From positions 913,332-977,331 of the forward strand of contig OZ007031.1 of assembly GCA_963931605.1 (NCBI GenBank): a stretch of DNA of 64,000 nt, in the 5' to 3' direction. The notes below the pieces were generated by a model. That model was not told the origin of the DNA, searched no databases, and was given only the letters and a program-made list of their open reading frames with translations. Source of the DNA: an uncultured Coriobacteriaceae bacterium (GTDB lineage Bacteria > Actinomycetota > Coriobacteriia > Coriobacteriales > Coriobacteriaceae). The translations under genes were made by a program, and so were the position numbers. Position 1 is the stretch's first letter. Every line of letters starts with the position of its first letter. Below, piece by piece: positions 1 to 6,700 of this stretch.

Positions 1-1
1 A

Positions 2-940
2 CGCTTCCTCATCGGCGGGCAGCTCACGGTGGGCACCCTGCAGGCGTTCTTCCAGTACGTGAACACCGCGGCCGAGCCGCTCACGCAGTTCTCGCTCACG
101 GTGAACACCATGCAAAGCGCGCTGGCCGCTGTGGAGCGCGTCTACGACATCTTGGACGAGCCCGAGATCGAGCCCGACCCTGCCGTGCCGGCGCTGCCCG
201 CGAATCCTGTGCGCGGGCGCGTGGCCTTCGAGCACGTGCGCTTCGGCTACGACCCGGCGCGCCCGCTCATGCGCGACGTGAGCTTCGTGGCCGAGCCCGG
301 GCAGAAGGTGGCCATCGTGGGCGCCACGGGTGCGGGCAAGACCACCCTCATCAACCTGCTGATGCGCTTCTACGAGATCGACGGCGGCCGCATCACGCTC
401 GACGGGGTCGACACCCACGCCATGCGCCGCGCCGACCTGCGCCGCAACTTCGGCATGGTGCTGCAGGACGCGTGGCTGCGCGAGGGCACCATCGCCGAGA
501 ACATCGCCTACGGGCGGCCGGACGCCACGCGCGAAGAGGTTATCCAAGCCGCGAAGACCGCGCAGGTTGACTTCTTCGTGCGCACGATGCCCCACGGCTA
601 CGACACGCTGCTCGAGAACGACGCGGAGAACATCTCCCAGGGCCAGCGGCAGCTGCTCACCATTGCGCGCGTGCTTCTGGCGAACCCGGCGATCCTCATC
701 TTGGACGAGGCCACCTCGAGCGTGGACACGCGCACCGAGAAGGCCATCGTGCGCGCCATGGAGCACCTCACCTACGGGCGCACGAGCTTCGTGATCGCGC
801 ACCGGCTCTCCACCATCGTGGACTCAGACCTCATCTTGGTGATGGACCACGGCACCATCATCGAGCAGGGCATCCACGAGGAGCTCCTGGCGGCCGGCGG
901 CGCCTACGCCGAGCTGTATCTGAGCCAGTTTGCGTCGTAG
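2..940 (+). CDS. ABC transporter ATP-binding protein/permease, C-terminal nucleotide-binding part (5' end outside window)
   Basis: Frame is open from the window edge. NBD motifs are present: Walker A GATGAGKTT, signature ISQGQRQLL, Walker B ILILDEATS, H-loop AHRLST. Confidence 0.9.
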   Translation, partial: RFLIGGQLTVGTLQAFFQYVNTAAEPLTQFSLTVNTMQSALAAVERVYDILDEPEIEPDPAVPALPANPVRGRVAFEHVRFGYDPARPLMRDVSFVAEPGQKVAIVGATGAGKTTLINLLMRFYEIDGGRITLDGVDTHAMRRADLRRNFGMVLQDAWLREGTIAENIAYGRPDATREEVIQAAKTAQVDFFVRTMPHGYDTLLENDAENISQGQRQLLTIARVLLANPAILILDEATSSVDTRTEKAIVRAMEHLTYGRTSFVIAHRLSTIVDSDLILVMDHGTIIEQGIHEELLAAGGAYAELYLSQFAS

Positions 941-1038
941 CGCAGGCGGTTTGGCGCGTCGGCAGGCGGTTTCGGCCCCTGCTGGCGCGGCGACCGGCGG
1001 TTTTGCCCCCCCGTCGGCGCGTCCGCAGCGCCTCGTTG

Positions 1039-1165
1039 CGTTAAACCTGTTGTTTTGGCCGCACCCGCGCAGTAGCCTGCGTCGTAATACGAAAATAGCC
1101 GCAGGTAGAACACCTGCGGCTATTTCGTGTGCTGAGCAGAACCCCGCAAAACAACAGGTTTAACG
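1039..1165. repeat. 19-bp perfect inverted repeat pair (CGTTAAACCTGTTGTTTTG at 1039-1057 / CAAAACAACAGGTTTAACG at 1147-1165) enclosing a terminator hairpin
   Basis: Read directly from the sequence. The arms are AT-rich in a GC-rich spacer between convergent genes. Confidence 0.8.
1091..1127. terminator. hairpin terminator between convergent ABC-transporter and ArsC-family genes (possibly bidirectional)
   Basis: Stem AAATAGCCGCAGGT (1093-1106) pairs with ACCTGCGGCTATTT (1112-1125), with A/T-rich flanks on both sides. Confidence 0.6.
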
Positions 1166-1228
1166 AAAGCGGGAGGCTCTTCGCGCCTTACGATGGCGCT
1201 TGCAAGCCTCCCATCATGCAAAACACGG

Positions 1229-1570
1229 TTACTCCCACGTCTTCCACACCTCGGGCGCATAGCCCACGGTAGCCTTCTGGCCGTTGCGGACGATGGGCTC
1301 GCGCAGCACCTGCTGGTTCTCGAGCAGCTTGTCGAACTTCTGGCTGTCGGCCAGGTAGGTGATGAGCGCCACCGCGTCCTGGTCCTTGGCCTTGGGGTCG
1401 ACCACGGCCTCGATGCCGCCCGCCGCGCGGATCACGCTCGCAAGCTCGCCTTTGCTCATCTCCTTCTCTTTGAGGTCGATAAACTGAAAGCGGATGCGGC
1501 GCTCCTTGAAGTAGCGCTGCGCCTTTTTAGTGTCGAAGCTCTTCTTGGTGCCGAAAATCTGGATGTTCAC
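1229..1570 (-). CDS. ArsC/Spx-family (arsenate reductase-like, YffB-type) protein, 113 aa
   Basis: N-terminus MNIQIFGTKKSFDTKKAQRYF is typical of the ArsC/Spx thioredoxin-fold family. GTG start lies 9 nt after the glf stop, with AAGGGGA upstream. Confidence 0.75.
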   Translation of the reverse strand: MNIQIFGTKKSFDTKKAQRYFKERRIRFQFIDLKEKEMSKGELASVIRAAGGIEAVVDPKAKDQDAVALITYLADSQKFDKLLENQQVLREPIVRNGQKATVGYAPEVWKTWE

Positions 1571-1579
1571 GCCGTCCCC

Positions 1580-2737
1580 TTACGCGCAGGGCTCCACGCC
1601 CAGCTCGGCGCGCACCACGTCGAACGCCGCCGCGATGGCCTTGTCCATGTCGTAGTACTTGTAACCGCCCAGGCGGCCGGCGAAGACCACGTCGCCCTCC
1701 TGGTCTGCCAGCTCGCGGTAGGCCCGGTAGAGCTTCTCGTTGCGCTCGTCGTTCACCGGGTAGTAGGGCTCGTCGCCGGGCTTCCAGTCGGCCGGGTACT
1801 CGCGCGTGATGACGGTCTTGGGCAGCGGCTCGCCGTTCTCGTCCAGGCCGAACTCGAAGTGCTTGTGCTCGATGATGCGCGTGTAGGGCACCTCGCGCTC
1901 GTTGTAGTTGACCACGGCCACGCCCTGGTGGTTCTCCTCGTCCAAAAGCTCGCTCTCGAAGCGCAGCGAGCGGTACTCGAGCTGCCCGAGCTTGTAGTTG
2001 AAGTAGGCGTCGATGGGGCCGCAGTAGACGGTGCGCGCGGCGATGTTTGGCTGCTCGGCTGCGAGGTCGGCGTACTCCACGCCCAGGCGCACCTCGGTGC
2101 CCTCGAGCATGCGCTCCACCATCTTGGTGTAGCCGCCCATGGGGATGCCCTGGTAGCGGTCGTTGAAGTAGTTGTTGTCGTAGGTCAGGCGCACGGGAAG
2201 GCGCTTGATGATGGAGGCCGGAAGATCCTTGCAGTCGCGGCCCCACTGCTTCTCGGTGTAGCCCTTCACGAGCTTCTCGAAGATGTCGCGGCCCACGAGG
2301 GACAGCGCCTGCTCCTCGAGGTTCTTGGGCTCGGTGATGCCCTCGGCGGCGATCTGCTCGTCGATCTTGGCGCGCGCCTGCGCCGGCGTCACCACGCCCG
2401 GCCACATCTTGGAGAAGGTGTTCATGTTGAAGGGCATGTTGTAGACCTCGCCCTTGTAGTAGGCCACCGGCGAGTTCACGTAGTTGTTGAACTCGGCGAA
2501 GCGGTTGACATAGTCCCATACGTCCTTCAGCGAGGTGTGGAAGATGTGCGCGCCGTACTTGTGCACGTTGATGCCCTCGACGCGCTCGGTGTACACGTTG
2601 CCGGCGATGTGCGGGCGGCGGTCGATGACCAGGCAGCGCTTGCCGGCGCGCTTGGCCTCATGGGCGAACACCGCGCCGGTGAGGCCGGCGCCAACGATAA
2701 GGTAGTCGTAAGCGGGAGTGGTCTGTGACTGGGCCAT
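1580..2737 (-). CDS. glf: UDP-galactopyranose mutase, 385 aa
   Basis: FAD fingerprint YDYLIVGAGLTGAVFA plus HKYGAHIFHT and the YNMPFNMNTF block. Start chosen at ATG 2737 with AGGAG RBS; the upstream 92 codons of the track ORF run into the repeat block. Confidence 0.92.
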   Translation of the reverse strand: MAQSQTTPAYDYLIVGAGLTGAVFAHEAKRAGKRCLVIDRRPHIAGNVYTERVEGINVHKYGAHIFHTSLKDVWDYVNRFAEFNNYVNSPVAYYKGEVYNMPFNMNTFSKMWPGVVTPAQARAKIDEQIAAEGITEPKNLEEQALSLVGRDIFEKLVKGYTEKQWGRDCKDLPASIIKRLPVRLTYDNNYFNDRYQGIPMGGYTKMVERMLEGTEVRLGVEYADLAAEQPNIAARTVYCGPIDAYFNYKLGQLEYRSLRFESELLDEENHQGVAVVNYNEREVPYTRIIEHKHFEFGLDENGEPLPKTVITREYPADWKPGDEPYYPVNDERNEKLYRAYRELADQEGDVVFAGRLGGYKYYDMDKAIAAAFDVVRAELGVEPCA

Positions 2738-2828
2738 GGGGGGGCTCCTTCGCAGCTCGGGTGCAATGTCGGGCCTATTGTACGGCAAGCGTGTGGAGGT
2801 CTGAAGGCGAGCGGAGGGAGGCGCGCGG

Positions 2829-3440
2829 CGGTTGGTCGCGCTTTCGACAGCCGTCGCAGGGGCCGCGCGCTTTTCTCGGCAGGTGCGGCCGCGGTTAGCC
2901 GCGTTTCCGACGTCGCCGCAGGGGCTGCATGTTCTTCTCGGCAGGTGCGAGGGGCTCGTCAGGCCGCGCCGCCGACGCCGCCACAAAACGCCTGCTTTTC
3001 TCAGCAGACGCAAGGCGCAGTACCCATTTTCGCAACGACCCCTGATGCGGCGCGTTTTTCTCGACAGGTGCGGATCGCGCTAACCGCGTTTCCGACGTCG
3101 CCGCAGGGGCCGCGCGTTTTTCCCGGCAGGTGCGAGGGGCTCGCGGCGTTTCCCCAGGAAACGCGTTAGGGCCTGCGCGCTTTTCTCGGCAGGCGCAAAA
3201 CGGGCGCGCCTTGCGTGGGCGCGCCACCTCCCCCGCTCCCGCATCTGTCGAGAAGAACCTGCCGAGAAGGCCCCGGGACGGCTCCGCGCCCTGCGACTGC
3301 CGAGAAGAACGCGCGGGCCGGCAGCCGCCGCCCCAACCCGCTCTGCACCTGCCGAGAGGAACCCGCAGAAACCGGCTCAAAACCCTCATCCTCGCTGCAT
3401 CTGTCGAGAAAAACGTACGGTGTCGCAACCGCGGCCAAAA
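2829..3440. repeat. mirror repeat block A: six ~62-bp units carrying TTTTCTCGGCAGGTGC, then four to five ~52-bp units carrying the reverse complement
   Basis: Forward motif starts at 2871, 2932, 2996, 3055, 3117, 3181. Reverse motif starts at 3241, (3259), 3293, 3345, 3397. Confidence 0.85.
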
Positions 3441-3615
3441 CGCGCGGGACGGCTCGTAGCTCACCGGGATCCAAGAGCGCAAGTGACGGTCGTTGACAAG
3501 CGTTATGATCCTTGCAATATCAAACGCATGTTCTTTTTATGGGGTGAATCGTGGTATGATGAGCTTGCGAGCGGGCGGTGCCCTCCGAGTCTAGCAGGTA
3601 GTGAGGAGGGATCCC

Positions 3616-3699
3616 GTGATCGTGAAGCTCACCGAGCTCGTTCGGGCGCTTGTTGCCCTTGTAGCTCTCATTATTATCCTGATGCTCTTGGTCAGGTAA
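3616..3699 (+). CDS. candidate small hydrophobic peptide, 27 aa (MIVKLTELVRALVALVALIIILMLLVR, GTG start)
   Basis: GAGGAGGG RBS lies 5 nt upstream of the GTG. An extended -10-like TGGTATGAT sits at 3552-3560. The patch is lower in G+C by eye. No homology evidence is available. Confidence 0.3.
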   Translation: MIVKLTELVRALVALVALIIILMLLVR

Positions 3700-3703
3700 A
3701 ATC

Positions 3704-5039
3704 GGGGTTATAGGACAAAAAGTGTGTATGGGCTAGTCCCAGTCCATACGGTATGGCTCGGAGCGATGCAGCTCTGACCACACTATGGCATCTCCCCACT
3801 GAGGAATGGTTCCTTGTAGCTTGTCCTGCTGATTGAGTCTCTCGTATATAGCTCTGATAGAGCCGTCCGTCGGCATGGCACGCAGGATCTCCGCTGCAGG
3901 CAAGGGGCTCGGGCTGTGCATACAGCACCACCAGAAGATCGCCTTGAGCCTGCGTTCGATAGAAAGTCCCCTATGGTCCCTGAGCATGGCTCTGAGCTGC
4001 GCGTTGGTGCCGCCTTCGATACGGTTGTTGGTGGCCGGGAGAGGGGCGAGGTGCTCTAGGCGGGGATCAAGGTAGGTGAACAGCGTCCCGGTGTTGATGA
4101 GCCGGGCGAGAGACCTCCGCGCCTTGACGAGGCGTTCATGCGCGAGGACGCACCTTCCCTCTTCCGTCTTCGTCCTCTCCGATAGGAAGTCGTCCCACCT
4201 CTCGGACCACGCAAGGAATGCCTCCGCCCACCCCTGCGCCTCTTTAAGGGTGGTGATGCCGAGCAGCGCTTTGGCAAGGCCGTACAGCTCTGCGCCCGCC
4301 TGCGTGCGGGGCTTCGAGGTGGTGTAGCGCTTGACCTGGGAGAATGCGTGGAAGATGCAGCGCTGGTGGTGCGCACGGGGCCATGTCTTCCCGAGCGCCT
4401 TCGGAAAGCCGTCGCCCCCGTCCGAGACGACCACCTCGGGGGCGGCTATGCGCTGCATCAAGGCCGACCAGCCGCGGCTGTTCTCCGCACGGCATAGGTG
4501 CCATCCCAGTACATGGCGCTCATCCGAGGCGATGAGCACGACGGCCTTTCTTCCGAGGTGTATGCCGTCAACGTAGATGACGCTTCGCGGCTCCTCTATC
4601 TTGGGCGGCATGGGCCATATATCCCAGAAGGGCGCGCACTTCCTTCTGAAGGTCCTGCCGGCCCCCGGCATATCTGATTGACGTTTGCGGGACAAAAGCC
4701 ACGCCAGGAAGGTTCTAAGGTCCTTGGCAGAGGTGTCGATCCTCCTCACCGAGCTCGAGCCGCAGCACCTACATCTGAAGCGAGTCCTGCCAGCTTTCGT
4801 TTTCCCGTTCTTAACCATATTGGAGCCGCAAACAGGGCAGCGGGGATTTCCCACGGCAACCTCGCAGATAGGCCAACTTCACTGTTAGAAACAACATGGT
4901 CTACCTGCGAGGATATGAAATTCTATACACACCTTTTGTCCAGGCAAAAGTTGGGACGATGCAACTCGAAGAGGCAATTTATAGGTATCTACCTGCAGTG
5001 ATACAGGAATCCCATACACACTTTTTGTCCTATAAGCCC
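3704..5039 (-). mobile_element. IS1249-like (IS256 superfamily) insertion sequence, ~1.34 kb
   Basis: Terminal inverted repeats GGGGTTATAGGACAAAAAGTGTGTATGGG (3704-3732) and CCCATACACACTTTTTGTCCTATAAGCCC (5011-5039) match at 28/29. They enclose a single transposase ORF. Confidence 0.85.
3733..4854 (-). CDS. IS1249-family transposase, 373 aa
   Basis: N-terminal zinc-finger CPVCGS...RFRCRCCG. The mutator/IS256-like core includes VIYVDGIHLGRK, VVSDGGDGF and HHQRCIFH. Confidence 0.88.
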   Translation of the reverse strand: MGNPRCPVCGSNMVKNGKTKAGRTRFRCRCCGSSSVRRIDTSAKDLRTFLAWLLSRKRQSDMPGAGRTFRRKCAPFWDIWPMPPKIEEPRSVIYVDGIHLGRKAVVLIASDERHVLGWHLCRAENSRGWSALMQRIAAPEVVVSDGGDGFPKALGKTWPRAHHQRCIFHAFSQVKRYTTSKPRTQAGAELYGLAKALLGITTLKEAQGWAEAFLAWSERWDDFLSERTKTEEGRCVLAHERLVKARRSLARLINTGTLFTYLDPRLEHLAPLPATNNRIEGGTNAQLRAMLRDHRGLSIERRLKAIFWWCCMHSPSPLPAAEILRAMPTDGSIRAIYERLNQQDKLQGTIPQWGDAIVWSELHRSEPYRMDWD

Positions 5040-5101
5040 AAACCGCTCCAAAACCACATACAAGCTTCATGGAGCCATGACGAGGCTGATGCCCTGAAAC
5101 G

Positions 5102-5134
5102 AAAAACAGCCCAGACGAGCCATATCGTCTGGGC
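5102..5134 (-). terminator. rho-independent terminator downstream of tRNA-Thr
   Basis: On the minus strand: GCCCAGACGA-tatggc-TCGTCTGGGC followed by tgTTTTT. Confidence 0.75.
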
Positions 5135-5147
5135 CGTTGCTCTGCCA

Positions 5148-5223
5148 TGGAGCCAGCAACGAGACTCGAACTCGTGACCCCCGCTTTACGAGAGCGGTGC
5201 TCTACCAACTGAGCTATGCTGGC
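5148..5223 (-). tRNA. tRNA-Thr (anticodon CGU), 76 nt with encoded CCA
   Basis: Cloverleaf folded by hand. Acceptor GCCAGCA/TGCTGGC, D arm GCTC/GAGC, anticodon stem CCGCT/AGCGG with loop CTCGTAA, T arm ACGAG/CTCGT with TTCGAGT loop. Confidence 0.9.
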
Positions 5224-5378
5224 TTGCGGGACGGTGTAACCGTGCCGGCAAGTAGATATAGTACGGCTTCAGCGGCCGAGGCGCAAGATGCAATTCGCGG
5301 GATTCTCGCCTTCACAGAGTGTCCCGAAACTGCGGACACCCTTTGGCGGCGCCTGCCATACGCGGCGTCCGCCTTAAG

Positions 5379-5843
5379 CTACGCGCGAACCTTGAAGCAG
5401 ACTTTCTTCACCTGCTGCGGGCCGTCGCCCGGGAACTCCAGCGTGGGCATGTGCGGCTCCCCCACCACAAAGATCGCGAAATGCCCTTCGTCCAGGTTGC
5501 CGTCAAGCGAGCGCTCGGCATCTACCAGCTCGAAGTCGCCCGCCTCGTCGTATGTCTGCACCAGCGTAGTGGCACCCGCCGCAGTCTTGAACGCCTCGCG
5601 GCCGATAAGGTCGATCTGCACGTCCATGTAGTCGCGGTGCGTCTCGTGGTGCGCGTCCTCGGGCTTGCGCGTGGTAGCCTCCATCACGTTGGCGTACACG
5701 TCGTCGCCGGCAATCTCGTTGCGGCCGAGCGGCAGGGCCGCCAGCTCTTCCGCGCTCTTGTTGGCTAGCCAGTCGATAAGCACGTCGAGATTGGGGTACA
5801 GGCCGCGGTACCTGCCGATATGGGAGAGCTCGTCGTAGATCAT
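5379..5843 (-). CDS. YhcH/YjgK/YiaL-family (DUF386) protein, 154 aa
   Basis: Family-typical layout: MIYDELSHIGRYRGL..., HRDYMDVQIDLIGRE, GHFAIFVVGEPHMP. Start is ATG 5843; the upstream part of the track ORF lies in repeat block B. Confidence 0.75.
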   Translation of the reverse strand: MIYDELSHIGRYRGLYPNLDVLIDWLANKSAEELAALPLGRNEIAGDDVYANVMEATTRKPEDAHHETHRDYMDVQIDLIGREAFKTAAGATTLVQTYDEAGDFELVDAERSLDGNLDEGHFAIFVVGEPHMPTLEFPGDGPQQVKKVCFKVRA

Positions 5844-6009
5844 GGCAACGCCTTTCGTGAAGCGGATGCGCGCGATGCGCCTTGTCGGTTCCATCATACC
5901 CGGATGCGCCGTGCGAACCAACCCGGCGCGGAGTTTGGGCGGTTCGGGTGGTGAGGGGCGGCTGTCCTGCGCTTGGATGCCAGCAGTGCGGGTAACCGCC
6001 GGGACCGGC

Positions 6010-6700
6010 GGCGCATCTGCCGAGAAAAATGCGCAGACTTTTTCAGCCGGCAATGCTTTCGCGACCAAAGGACTTTGCATCTAACGAGAAAAACGCGCGG
6101 GCTTCGTGAGTGGTGACGTTTTCGCAACCAAGCAGGGCATTCGATGTCGGAAGTGCGACCAACCGTCAGCGCCGGTAACGTACCTGCCGAGAAGAATGCG
6201 CGGGCCTCTCGGACGATGACGCTTTCGCGACCAAGCGGGACGATAGGTGTCGGAACCGCGGACAACCGAGTGAGACGAGTTCGGTTGGTCGCTGTTCCGA
6301 CATGGCCGATGTAGTTAGTCGCCCGAACCGCATCTAAATCCCGGAAATCCGGGAGTTGCGTGCGGCCCGGGCGACCAAGCGGAAGTTAGCGGTCGGATAT
6401 GCGACCAACCGGGAGCCTAGATGTCGCACTAACGGGCAAGTAGGAGCTTCGATGTCGCAACCGCGGGCAACTTATGCTTAGACGCCGGAAAGGTGACCAA
6501 CCGCCGGGGGCCACCGGTGCACCTGCCGAGAGAAATGCGCGAACTTCTCGGCCGATGACGCTTTCGCGACCAAGCGGGGCGATAGACGCCGCAAACGAGA
6601 GCAACTGCCAACGCCGGCGGCGTACCTGGCGAGAGTAATGTGCCCGCAGAGGGCGCGAGGCAGGAAGCTACCCCTCAGCCGCTGGCGCACCCGGCGAGAG
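6010..6700. repeat. repeat block B: GCAYCTGCCGAGAARAAYGCGC and GCGACCAAC/GGTTGGTCGC units around a palindromic core
   Basis: First motif starts at 6013, 6077, 6180, 6519, 6622, 6687. GCTTTCGCGACCAAGCGGG-type units lie at about 6054, 6117, 6219 and 6559. Dyad TCCCGGAAATCCGGGA is at 6339-6354. Confidence 0.8.

Noticed and set aside
1193-2728. 511-aa plus-strand ORF covering the arsC-like and glf region
   Set aside because: It is antisense to two genes with clear family motifs. The translation is a low-complexity Leu/Val/Ala/Gly/His/Asp string typical of the reverse frame of GC-rich genes, and it has no RBS.
2832-3496. Multiple 70-195-aa ORFs in both strands across block A (also 5894-6717, 37685-38599)
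   Set aside because: They are generated by the repeat units, with recurring FSRQV/REKRA peptides in several frames. They overlap one another and have no RBS or start context.
5137-5631. 164-aa plus-strand ORF spanning the tRNA-Thr gene
   Set aside because: It overlaps the tRNA and the 3' end of the yhcH-like gene on the opposite strand, so it is a spurious ORF.
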